Source: Octopus sinensis
Taxonomy: Eukaryota
Reading direction: 5' to 3'
NCBI RefSeq assembly: GCF_006345805.1
Contig: NC_042998.1
Span: 167,276,001-167,340,000 of the forward strand
DNA: 64,000 nucleotides
Positions 51,248 to 64,000 of this stretch are shown here, in pieces; the first letter of the stretch is position 1, and every line of letters starts with the position of its first letter. Made by a program: the position numbers and the translations under genes. Below the pieces are notes generated by a model. That model searched no databases, had not been told where the DNA came from, and worked only from the letters and a program-made list of their open reading frames with translations.

Positions 51248-52120
51248 CATATATATATATATAATATAAATAATATATAAATATATGCATATATATATAT
51301 ACATATATGTACATACCTACATATATATGTATATATACATGCATATATGGGTACATTACATCAAAAACACGTGGACTGAATGATAAACGAGAACATAAAA
51401 AACAAAAACATAGAAAACTAACTTTTTTTCGAACAACGAAAAAAAGCAGAGAAACGAGACATGCAACATGAAGAACATTCCCTTCATCAGTTTTATCTAC
51501 TTCGCGGTCCGAAGGTAAGGACAAGATGCGATTTCGTTAAAACAGTCCTTCCCGCGAAGCAACTTCAATAAAATTTTGGAATTTTTACGGAGGGTTATAG
51601 TGGTAACAAAAGCGGAACTGTGAGAACAAAGCAGTAAAACAAACGGTGAGGAGTGTTAAACCAAGTCGGTGTGAAGTGGTATACGCTAGGAAAAACGAAC
51701 TTTGAGAAGAGACAGATAAAAGCACGTCTTCTCTATAGGAAGGAAGTGGAAGAAAGAGAGAAGGCCGTTGGTCACCTGTGAGCAACCAGAGTCGATGAGG
51801 AAGAGTGAGAGAGAAAGAGGGAACGGTGAAGGGGAGAGGAGAAGAATAGGGAAAGGGTGAGAGAGAAAAAAAGAAAGGAAGAACAAGAGAGGGAGATAGA
51901 TAAACTGAAAAGAGATAGAATAAGTGCGTATCGTAATTATTAAGACTTACTTGGAAAAGGATGTGTGGCGCTCGATCATATAATAATATATAAATATATG
52001 CATATATACATATATACATACATCCAGACATACATACATACCGACATATATATATATATATACACACACACATATATATATATGTATATATATTATATAT
52101 ATATATTATATATATATATA

Positions 52121-52153
<33 letters not shown>

Positions 52154-52155
52154 TA

Positions 52156-55100
52156 TGATTGATTGATTCTTTTTGATTGATTGATTCTAGTTTCAGCTTA
52201 TGAGCTGTGGCCATGCTGGGGCACCGCCATTTGGTGTTGCTACTTGGTTTCACTTCATGGAGGCTTTCTAGCAACTGCTATTTGGTGCATGAGAGAGTTC
52301 GATGCAGCTGCCCTCATCTGCCCCTCCTGCCGTGAAGTTGGTTCATCTGGGACACCTGACAGGAAGAGATCCAGCTTCATTTTAAAGACATCTGTATCCA
52401 CCCCATGCAGGTCTCTCAGGTTCTTCGGGAGGATATTGAAGAGCTGTGGGCCTCGGAAGCCCAGGCTATCACAGAATCTGGTCCTACATCTTGATGGCAG
52501 GTTTGGAGTCCTAGGCACCACGCAGTGGCGCCCAGTTCTGGCATTTGCGTAACTCTCGATGCCAAAGTTCAGGACACTTCCCTCCAGGATCTTCCAGATG
52601 TATATTATGGCATATCTTTCCCGCCTACGCTCCAGGGAATATAATTTTAATCTCTTGAGTCTTTCCCAGTAGCTTACATTCTGCATAGAGGCTATCTTCT
52701 TTGTGTAGCTTCGTTGGGTCGCCTCAAGTTCTGTGATCAACTTGACACTGGATGGTGACCATAGCTGAGAGCAATAGTCAAAGTGGCTTAGGACAAGTGT
52801 CTTCCAGAGGACCATCATGGTTTCTTGTTCTCTTGTTCTAAAGGTTCTAAGAATCCATCCAGCCAGCCGTCTACATTTCAGTGTCAGTTTAGCAACATGT
52901 ACATGAAAGGTCGCGTCATCACTCATGTGAATACCCAGGTCACGCACTGATTGTGCCTCTGGGATTGCAATCCCTCCGGTCCAGTGTATTCATTGGGTAT
53001 TGCATTCAGTTTTGCATGCTGATAGTATAAAGCTTGAAACTTTCCAGCATTGAACTGCATGCTATTCTTTTCAGCCCACTTGTATATTCGTCCAGCTCAC
53101 ATTGCAGGTGTTTAGAGTGTCCTCAGGGTTCTGTATTGCCTGTGAAACTTTTGTATCATCTGCATAACTTGTGATCGTGGCTCTCTGCGTGGCTGAGGGC
53201 ATGTCTGAGAGGGCCATTATGAACAGTAGTGGTCCCAGAACATGCCCTGCGGAACCCCGCTCACTATTTGTGTGTTTATGGAGGTGGCCCCATTGGCTAC
53301 TACCACCTGACTTCTATCCTTCAGAAAGTCATGAAGCCATTCTCCCAGTTTTCCAACTATGTTGAGATCACGCAGTTTGTGACATATCATTCCATGATCG
53401 ACTTTATCAAAGGCCTTTGCAAGTCGAGATATATCACTTCCACATTTGAGTGGTTGAGCAGCCGTTTCAGCACCCAGTCATAGTGTTGTAGGAGCTGAGT
53501 TAAACAGCTTCTCCCTGGTCGGAAACCATGTTGGGTGTCGGACAGCAAGTCATTCTCTTCAAGGAAGGTGATCAGCTTCCTTCTGACTATTCGTTCCATG
53601 ACCTTGCTGATGTGTGAGGTCAGAGAGATAGGTCTATAGTTCTTGGCTTCCGCTCTGCTACCTCCTTTATGAATGGGGCATATTTTACCTTCCTTCAGTT
53701 TTCCTGGAAGTTTGCCAGCTGCAAGGAAGCTCTGAAAGAGGAACTGCAGTGGTCTTGCTAGGACTCTCTTACATGCTTTTAGGAGGATTGCCGGGAATCC
53801 ATCGGGGCCAGTAGCTGAGTCTGTTTTTCATCATTCATCTATAGCCTTGGTTACATCTTCTTCTTTATATCGATGTAATCTATCGTCGCCGCCTCTGATT
53901 TTATATCTGCAGTGTTAAAAAAGTCAGTTGGATTGGTGATTTGGAGATGCCCAAGGGGTGGAGTGAAAACACTTTGAATTGCTCATTCAGTATTTCACTT
54001 ACCCTAATTGGTTTTCCTGTAAGTGTGCCATCCTTTTCGAGGAGTGGCCCTATTCTACAGTGCACTGTAGCTGTTTCTGTTCTTTGGCATACCTGTAGAA
54101 GCTCTGGGTTAGATTTTATGTTTTCTATAGCCCAGGCTTCTTTGTCTGCTCTTTCTTTTTCATGGAGAGTTGCAGACATTTTTCGATTCCAACAGTTTTA
54201 TTTTTAGGCGGGACTTTTCACTGCTTTCAATCTGTTTGTTTAGGCGATTTGAAAATTTCGTACGCCGTCTCATTAAAATTTTCCTCTCTCTGGGGATTTT
54301 GTTCTTGTGTACAGTGGCCTTTCTCTCTGGCACATTTGTAGCATATGGCTTGCATTACAGACATGAATTGTTGAAGTTTCACGTCGATGTCTGGCGAGGA
54401 GAGACATTTAGGCCAGTTTTGTTTGAGGATCTCTTTCTCAATTTGTTTCCAGTTTGCCTTTGGTAGTTCAAGCTGGAAGATTTTGAGGGTTTCTTGTAGG
54501 CTGCATGTCCGTGCTCTCTTTTGGCCCGTACATGGTCAGCTCTATCATGTTGTGATCCGAGAGTTGTCGGTGTCACTTTCACATTATGGATGAGATCCAT
54601 GTCATTTGTGAAGCAGAGATCCGTGTGTTACCTGCCCTGGTTGGTTGGAGTATTACCTGCTCCATGTACAGGGTGTTGATGAGGTTCAGGAGGGACCTCG
54701 CCTGTCCTCGTTCACATCTTGTCATTCCTGGGAGAGAAAGGCCCTCGGGCCATCTGACATTGGGCAGATTGAAGTCTCCCATAAGAAGCACACCTAGTGT
54801 TGTTCTACTACTGTGGTTAGAATTTCTTCTATTTTTATAGGCAGTCTTCAAACTTACCCACATGGCTTGGGGCATCTGGAGGGCGATATGTAATCACACA
54901 CAACTACATCAAGTTGCCTGATATGTACAATTAGTGTGTCACACACCGAGTTTGAGTATGACAAGAGGACCTGGGGTGTGAGGTCCTCACGGATGTACAT
55001 AGCAACACCTCCATGACTCCTTTCTTTCCTGTCGGTCCGTAGTACAGCATACTGTGGTATGTGTAACTCCGCATCATCTGCTATGTCGGTTTCAGGTGGT

Positions 55101-55483
55101 TTCTGTAAGTGCTATGCATAGGCTTGATTGCATGCACAAAGTCTCTCAGGAACGGGATCTTTGGTCCTGTTACTGAGTGTTTGCAGTCCTCTGATGTTCA
55201 GTAGGAGTATCGAGGTGAGGTGTACGTTGTTGCCGGCGGTGTCCATCCTGTGTCTGTTGCTGTGGTGGTCTGGTATATAGTGGGTAGTCCCACCTGCGGG
55301 CTTGGGTTTGATGAAGCCAGGTCAGCTGCTGTACAATCTTTTGTGCCATGCACAAAAAAGATTGATGCTCAGCAGCTGCTCTTTCGACAACATCATGTTG
55401 GCTGTTTGTGGCGCGCACAACATCTGCGTACCTCCGCTTTGGGGCAGGTGGTGCGTGGTCCATCCCTTTTCTTGTGTTGATGT

Positions 55484-55485
<2 letters not shown>
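52156..55485 (-). mobile_element. CR1-like LINE: end of ORF1 plus full but frameshifted ORF2 (APE and RT)
   Basis: APE: IALTET, DRKERSHGGVAMYI, LMGDFNLP. RT: NYRPISLTS, QHGFRPGRSCLTQL, YADDTK, RDLGIHM, LYSLERRRER. It has an (AATC)n tail and lies within (TA)n at both ends. Confidence 0.92.
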
Positions 55486-55556
<71 letters not shown>

Positions 55557-55629
55557 TACATATATTCAAAATGTGACCGCGACTTTTTTTTTTTCCGTCT
55601 TCCCTTCTTTGGATCTTTCCTTTTCCAAT

Positions 55630-55664
55630 GTTTCTGACGGAGAGCTCTGCTCGAAACGTTAAAC
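55630..55664 (+). ncRNA. Minimal type I hammerhead motif (A9G variant)
   Basis: GTTT CTGACGG A GAGC TCT GCTC GAAA CGTT / AAAC. Stem III is the palindrome AACGTT. Confidence 0.5.
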
Positions 55665-55791
55665 CCTCCTGCTTTCCTGAGCGTCCAATAATACTATACT
55701 TGTTCGACGTCCTCGCGTTGTTGTGTTTTCTCTTTGTGATTTCATGTTTGGATTAACTTTAACTACATATATACATACATATATATATATA

Positions 55792-56010
55792 GGCGTAGGA
55801 GTGGGTGTGTGCTTTAAGGCGCGGGAGTGGCTTTGTGATTATAGGCACAGGAGTAGCTATGAGGTAAGAAGCTTGCTTCCCAACCACATGGTTCTGGGTT
55901 CAGTCCGAACTGCGTGACTCTTTGGCCAACTGTCTTCTACTATAGCCCCGGGCTGACCAAAGCCTTTTGAGTGGGTTTGGTGGGCGGAAACGGAAAGAAG
56001 AGCCCATCGT
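55792..56010 (+). mobile_element. SINE type B, 5' half
   Basis: Homology to 58590-58740. Confidence 0.75.
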
Positions 56011-56032
56011 ATATATAAAATAATTATATATT

Positions 56033-56095
<63 letters not shown>

Positions 56096-56135
56096 TATAT
56101 AAAATATAATATATTATATATTATATATAATATAT

Positions 56136-56183
<48 letters not shown>

Positions 56184-56468
56184 TTATAAATATAAAATAT
56201 ATATATATATGTATATAATATATATATATATAATATATATATATATATATTAGAAGAAATGAGGTACTCAGAAATTTCGATGGTTTTTATATTTGCAGAT
56301 ATATCAGATAACAGCGCTTTCGTCCACTCTAGTAGAGTTTTCAAATTGAACTAACTTTTGCTGGAATTTTGACTCTTTTTATAGTATTATTTAGTGTGTT
56401 GGGGTGGGGAGAGATATAAGATAGTATAAGAGGGTGAGGAATGGGGAAAAAGTGAGAGAGAGAGAGAG

Positions 56469-56516
<48 letters not shown>

Positions 56517-57139
56517 GTGTGTGTGTCTATGTTTGAGTGTGTGTGTTTTTGCCTCTGAAAGGGGTGTTAAAGAAAAAGAAGGAAAGGAAGGAGAGTAAGG
56601 AGAAAAAATTTTTTTGTGGATATCTTTGCAGCTGGTCAGTCTGTCAATAATAAGCGATTCTTGGCTTTTAGCAGTGGAAAATCCAGCTGTTCACTCCTGG
56701 GGGAGGGGGCAAAATGTCACTCTTCAAAAATGTCTGGATTTCTTTTTTATCATTGTCTTGTGAGAGAGAGTGTATGTGTGTGTTTTTGTATCTGAAAAGA
56801 GTGTTAGAAAAGAAGAGAAGGAAAAGAAGAAGAAGGAGAGAAAGAAGAAAAAAATTGCTGATATATATATATATTGTTTAAACCTCGCCAAGAAAAATAT
56901 TTAAACCACCTGATGAATGACTGCGACTCAAAAATTTGAAGATGTTAGCAGGCATGAAACGATCGTAGTGTGATATTAATTATATTTTTTTAATAATTTT
57001 GTTATATATTTAAATAATATAAATTAATCATATGTATTGGCTTAAGTTTTTCATTGTTTGATTTGCCTAATAGTGGTTTTGTCTCTAATTTAATATAATA
57101 TATATATATATATAATTTGTTGATATATATAAAATTTGT

Positions 57140-57181
<42 letters not shown>

Positions 57182-58423
57182 GCGTATATCTGTGAGTGCC
57201 TTTGTGTCTATTTCCCCATCAACGCTTAGCAACCCGTGTTGGTGTGTTTACGTCTCCGTAACTTTGTGGTTCGCAAATAGACTGATAGAATAAGGATTTC
57301 ATTTATGCATACAATATTCTTTCAATGGCCAATTTAGACGAAACACAAAAAGTTGGCGACAAACTACCGCTTGCGTCTTCCAGCTTAAACAACACACAAC
57401 ATCGACTTATGTAGAATCGGCATTTTCTAGAATTACCGACACCCCGGGACAAGCTAAATTTTGGCGTCGTCCCAATTCTGCTATTTTTAACTCAAACTAT
57501 AAATTTGAAAGAAAGGGTATAGTCCTTCGTTTGTACATTATTTTATCGATCCAATAAGGATGAAAGGCAACGCCGACCCCCAGAGAAAACGACAACATAC
57601 CAGCTACAACAAAAACAAACAGGAGTATCAGGTTGTGATTATAAATAAGCAAGGCAGTTAAATTCGCAATGATTTTTGACAGAACGAGAAAGATCATATA
57701 CACAAAAAAAAAATCCATCAAAACAAACGGCTTACAAAAACAAAAGAAAAAATGAAAAAATTGTGAAAAGGCGTCGTATAAAACAACACAAATAAATGAA
57801 TGTAATCCCTAAAAGAAAGGGAATGAAAAAGGGATGGAATATTATAACTGTAATAAGAAATGGGGTGTATAAATAAAATGGGTGAAGGACGAAGAAGTAA
57901 AATAGAAAACAAGGGAGATAACAACTGATCACCGTATCTAGGAAATATTAGTTGGCTGCCGAAAACATTGGTTACAGAAAATGTAGACTGACGGGTCTCC
58001 CTTTAAGTTTGTTAATGGCGCCACTAAACATTACCAAAATGAATAACTCATCAGCTTTCCTGAAGCTATGGCTCCTAGTTAAGGCGCGCGTGACGACTTC
58101 CTTTAGCGATAAGGTCGGCAGTCATCACAAGTAGTGACGCCACATTACTGCATAGACCAAGTCGTCTGGCTGACGACATGTTTTAAACCATAACAACATC
58201 TCTGTGGAAATTGACAAGAGAAATAGGTGACAATTGTTTCTTTTAAATAAATAATTATTTTTATTAATTTACGCATTCACACGCACACACACCCATATAT
58301 GCACATATGGATTATAAACACATATACACATACGGATTATAAATATACAATATATATATATATAATGTACACACACAAATACAATTGCAGAGACATAAAA
58401 ACATATACATACTGAATAGTTGT

Positions 58424-59039
<616 letters not shown>

Positions 59040-59454
59040 GCGTTTAGTTTTATAGCTGGGAGGGTAACTGCTCAATTGTATATGTATATGTGTTTGTATG
59101 TCTCTGTAATCATATTTAAGTGTATATTTAAGTCTATTCTTAGCTACAATAGCGACAACATGAATTTCTTCCATCTTGTTGCTCTGTTAAGAAAAATTAT
59201 ATTAATTTGTGCAGCTGCTGATAGCACTGCATTTAAATTGATGTAATGATTGCATTGTTCAATGCAATCCGGTTGATATCCGGTTGCTTATTTTGATTAT
59301 GTGTGTGTGTGTGTGTGCATACATACATATATATATATGCGTATCTACATATTTGTATATATGTACACACACACCACACACTATGTGTAAATATATATAA
59401 TATATATATATATATATAATATATATATATATATGAGAAAGAAAATTATGTAAA

Positions 59455-59691
59455 AGAGTCTTAATGGTAAAAAGTCCAATTCCTTGGATGACGTAAAAAG
59501 ATACCTTGATGAATTCCTTGCCATGAAAGCACCTCATTTCTCAGAAGAGGGTATTTTCAAGTTAAAGGAAAGATGGAGACGCATTGTGCAACAAAATGGT
59601 TCGTATTTGGCTGATTAAAAGTGTAATGGCAAGTATTTATTGACCTTTTTCTTTTCTTTAAAAATCGGCACGAACTTTCCGGACAACCCAA
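59455..59691 (+). mobile_element. Mariner 3' fragment
   Basis: SLNGKK..LDDVKRYLDEFL..GIFKLKERWRRIVQQNGSY*. The terminal CACGAACTTTCCGGACAACCCAA is followed by TA. Confidence 0.85.
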
Positions 59692-60014
59692 TACATTGTT
59701 TCTTTAATATTCATCGTAACTATATATCACACACTCGATCACGCAGACCTACACATTTGCTCACATACGTATACATGCTCACACACAAATACATGCACTC
59801 TGTAAAAACAATTATACAAACGCTCATACACCCGCGCAAGCGTTTTATTCTTTATTTCTTTACTAGTTTTGTGCCCCACATAGAGGCATATAACAAACAG
59901 TCATATATAAGTTTGTGCTAATCCCAATCACAAATACATACGCATACAGGGGTGCGTACATGCATGAAGCCCCAACGCATATATATACGCTATACACATG
60001 AACAAAAAACATGG

Positions 60015-60330
60015 CACTCTGACGGTTACGATGACGAGGCTTCCAGTTGATCGATCAACGGAACAGCTTGTTAGTGAAATCAACGTGCAAGTGACTGAGC
60101 ACTACACAGACACAGCAGTTCTTTCTCTAGAAGATTCTGTGTAACACAGAATTTGACAAGGCTGGCCTTTTTAATTGAAGGTGCAACTCATTTTTATCAG
60201 CTAAGAGCTGACTGAACTGGAGCAACGTGAAATAAAGTGTCTTGCTCAAGGACATAACTCGCCGCCGGAAATCGATCACCTAACGTTACGATTATCAGCC
60301 AAAAACCACTAGGCCACGCACTTTCACATC
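60015..60330 (-). mobile_element. Diverged SINE, type D
   Basis: Reverse-complement homology to 19022-19346. Confidence 0.8.
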
Positions 60331-60964
60331 CCAATAGCGTATACATACACTTTAAAATAAACGTTGCGTGAGATAATTTGAAATATTTTTTGAAACGTAT
60401 TATAAAGTAGACCTAATTCCACAAATATAAAGTTCTCGCTCCGCTGTGGAAAGTATAACAAAATGGTTCCTCACGTTGATTTATTTACCTGTCAGCAAAT
60501 TGATTTCAATCATTCAGCCCAACTTTTATTGCTCTTGTTCTCTTAATCACAGAGAGCACACCTAATTTCATTTTCCATACCTAGCCTCTTCAATTTTGCC
60601 ATTTATCGACCATGTACGATCTTTTGATTCCCTTGTCTGACATAGTATTCAGTAGTCCCATTATTCATACAGCGTTAAGTATCTTTTCTAAATTTTTCTG
60701 TGATCTGGATTATTTAACTAGCTTTGCCAGTAAAATATCTAGTTTATTGTTTCAGTTACCCTTCCTTTTATCGCTTTTTACAACTTCGATTTCTAACTCC
60801 GTTCACGAAAATACTTTGTTGTGCTGTATATTGCACGAATGTATGATCATCTGATTGACAATTGAACATTTAAGACAGTTCGGAAATAGTTTCTGACAAC
60901 GCTCAAGTACATTTTCTTCTTTTTGTCCAGCCTGTTCTTGTTTCGATATTGTTGAATAGTTTAG

Positions 60965-61320
60965 TCTACCAAATCCACTCACAAGGCATTGGTCGGTCCG
61001 AGGCTATAGTAGAAGACATTTGTCCAAGGTTCTACACAGTTGGTACTGCACCCGGAAAGATGTGGTTGGGAAGCAAGCTTCTTATTTCTGTATTGCCCAC
61101 AAGGGGCTAAACATAGAGGGGACAAACAAGAACAAACAAAGGGATTACATCGACTCCAGTGCGTAACTGGTACTTAATTTATCGTCCCCGAAAGGATAAA
61201 AGGTAAAGTCGACCTCGGCGGAATTTGAACTCAATATTTCACCCGGCTTGCTAACGTTTCTACCAGCTCGCCGCCTGCGGTAAGAAGCTTGCTTCTTACC
61301 GCACAGCCACGCCTGAGCCT
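60965..61320 (-). mobile_element. Type A SINE (61085-61276) nested in the head of a type B SINE
   Basis: The host SINE is split at GCTTCTTA (61077-61084 / 61291-61298). Confidence 0.8.
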
Positions 61321-61793
61321 ATAGTGTCGATATTATATAGAATAGGAATAGAGAGTATATAGTAAGTATAAAATCCGAAGGTTCTACCGATAGTCAGCAT
61401 CGGTAATCAATGAGTATACAATTGGCAGGAAATGCTTTCTGACGATACCTTATATATATACGAGATGTCAATTTGCTTTGCTATTTTACAAGAATTTTCT
61501 CAGCATATATGCAGTATCTAAGGAGGTCGGCTACGGTATCTGATGTAGTATGAACACTGTACAGGATATTCTATCAGTCAGAATATTCGGGTTTTTCTTG
61601 TTTCATTTTACTTTTCTCTTTTTTTTTTTTCGTCTTTTTCTTTAGCTTTCCATAATAATGCGGCGCGCTTATTATTACAATAGGAACAACGATTGTTGAC
61701 ATTCCCAAACATTCCCCACATTCATTATACTTCCAGTTCCAGTATTTTTGCACCCTCTTATCTTGAGATAAGACTGTGCGCGTGCGCGTATCC

Positions 61794-62443
61794 CCAATAG
61801 TAAAGACACATCTATTAAATAACATGATAAATATTCTTGTTTCTTTATTACGGTAAATAGGTCGTTAGCTTTAATTGTTCTATGTGTATTGACAGCTATA
61901 TCCCAAATGATGTCATGTTCCCATGTGTTACAAAATTAAGACGGTTGAAGGTGTACTATATATTTAGATATATTCCTACTTCTTTCTATATATATATATA
62001 GATATATATGGAAAGAGATTTTATGATTATATCCTTATCTTATAAGTATATATATATATTTATATATTCTTATAGTCTTTTATTTGTTTCAGTCGTTTGA
62101 CTGCGGCCGTGCTGGGGCACCGCCTTTAAGTCGAAGAAATTGACCTTGGGACTTATTCTTTGTAAGCCTGGTTCTTATTCTATCGGTTTTCTTTTGTCGA
62201 GCCGCTAAGTTACGGGGACGTAACTACACCAACATCGGTGAGAGGACAAAAACAGACAGAAAGATACACACTTAAATATATGCATGTATGTATATATATA
62301 TATATATTATATATATATATATAGTTGAAGAATATCGTTATACGTATAAATATACCATAAACAATTATAGAAAAATGGAGGAGAAAATGTTGTTGAATCA
62401 AAATTAGATTTAATACAAAATAAGATTCAATAAAAATATTCTC

Positions 62444-62506
<63 letters not shown>

Positions 62507-62589
62507 TGCATGTGTGTGTGGGTGTGTCCAATAGTAAAGACACATCTATTAAATAATATGATACATATTCTTGTTTCTTTATTACGGTA
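61794..62589. repeat. 62-bp direct repeat (61794-61855 and 62528-62589)
   Basis: CCAATAGTAAAGACACATCTATTAAATAA..TTATTACGGTA, with two mismatches between copies. Confidence 0.85.
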
Positions 62590-62864
62590 TTGCATGTACA
62601 TTTGTCTTTTTGTTTTTGTTTGGGTGAATGTGTATATATTATGCGTATTTTACTTTTGTACGTGTGTTTAAATTTGTGTATGTGTAAAATTTCGTATATT
62701 ATGTGTGTGTATATGCTTATGTATATGTATATGTGTGCGTGTGTATGCATATTCCTGTATGCATGTTGTGTATGTTTAAATGTATGTATATATATATTAT
62801 ATATATATATATTATATAATAATATATATATATCTATATATATATATATTGCCTTTATCTTTTA

Positions 62865-63079
62865 CTTGTTTCAGTCATTAGACTGTGGCCACCCTGGGGC
62901 ACCGCTTTGAATTTTTTGTTGAATGAATCGACCCCACCACTTATTTTTAAGCCTGGCATTTATTCTATCGGTCACTTTTGCCGAACCGATAATTACAGGG
63001 GAGTTAAACACACCAACTTGGTTGTCCAGCGGTGGTTGGGGGACAAGCTCACCACACACACAACCACACACACACACAT

Positions 63080-63123
<44 letters not shown>

Positions 63124-63435
63124 TATATATATATAATACGACAGGCTTCTTTCCGTTTCCGTCTACTAAATCCATTCACAATGCTTTGGTCGGCCAGAAC
63201 CTAGAGCAGAAGACACTTATTCAAGGATTCACACGGTTGGGACTGAGCCCGATGGTGGTGGACAAACGCAGATACAAAGGCACACTCACACACACACACA
63301 CAGCAGGCTTCTTTCATTTTCTGTCTACCAGATCCACTCACAAGGCTTTGGACGGCCCGATGCTATAGTAGGAGACAGTTGCCCAAGATGCCATGCAGTG
63401 GTTGAGAAGCAAGCTACTTACCACACAGCCACGCT
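62865..63435 (-). mobile_element. SINE, type B, with an internal microsatellite and an extra internal duplication
   Basis: Reverse-complement homology to 58590-58957. Another partial copy lies at 62075-62250. Confidence 0.75.
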
Positions 63436-64000
63436 GGCCGATGTGAAACATCAGGTACCTAGAATGTCAATGTTTATTTTCAGCGAAAATAATAGAAAAC
63501 AGAAATTTTGGACTTACCAAATGTTAATGTTAAGTCTTTCATAGGCTTTCATGTTTAGTAACAGCTACCGGTTTCCTTGTGTTATAGTAGTTATTTATAG
63601 TGGTTATTGTTTTGCCGCCCTGATTTCGAAGTTTTTTGTTACCTTTTTATCCGGTTGTAATTATGATACCGCAGCCTCTGTGGCATCCATTGGTAAGGAT
63701 AACCGTGTGTCATGTCACTGACATAATTGAATTTGTGTTATTCTGGTTCTCCTCTTTTTATTCTATATTCCTTTTTCTTTCTTTTTTTTCACTAGTATAC
63801 ACATATTCTTTATATTTTGTAGATGTAGACAAGCATCATTTACGGCCAGGAAATTCCGTCCGTATAGCAACCAGGAAATCGTGTCGCTTTGCTAAATAAA
63901 CAAACAAGTCAGGTGAATCGAATATCTGCCATAAGAGATATTCGTGTCAGCTGCGGCAAATTCTGTATGTCAGAATCTTTACCTAAACTATCTTTTATCT

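Noticed and set aside
56315-56350. Minus-strand GGAC GAAA GCGCTG half-hammerhead
   Set aside because: The upstream core is missing and position 17 is G.
60560-60900. Possible decayed LINE coding remnant on the minus strand
   Set aside because: There is only vague compositional resemblance and no diagnostic motif.
61435-61480. CTGACGA..GAGATGTC hammerhead-like remnant
   Set aside because: GAAA and stem II are not intact, so it is too degenerate to call.

Overview
This is a eukaryotic, AT-rich, repeat-saturated window in which I could not support any intact host protein-coding exon. The SINE, LINE and microsatellite landscape resembles an octopus or other coleoid cephalopod genome (inference, not a database match). 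It contains four tRNA-derived SINE types (arbitrarily labelled A-D) and decayed non-LTR retrotransposons: R4/Dong-like with an RLE nuclease, RTE, CR1-like, and a Penelope-like element with a GIY-YIG domain. DNA transposons include a near-complete Tc1 (DD34E, IR/DR ends), several mariner fragments, hAT-type and fold-back MITEs, and a small non-autonomous Helitron. There is also a tRNA-His-like pseudogene, a housekeeping-type promoter motif cluster at about 5.3-5.5 kb, and many microsatellites. The most notable observation is a pair of oppositely oriented type I hammerhead ribozyme folds at 6.4-6.7 kb. Both carry the rare compensatory U3-A8 core (UUGANAA), and one sits at the tip of a 146-nt rod-like hairpin. 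At least six further minimal hammerhead-like motifs occur, one of them again centred between long inverted repeats. Several inverted duplications centred on self-complementary microsatellites could be biological or assembly artefacts. Single-base dropouts inside microsatellites suggest long-read consensus errors, so individual frameshifts should be treated cautiously.
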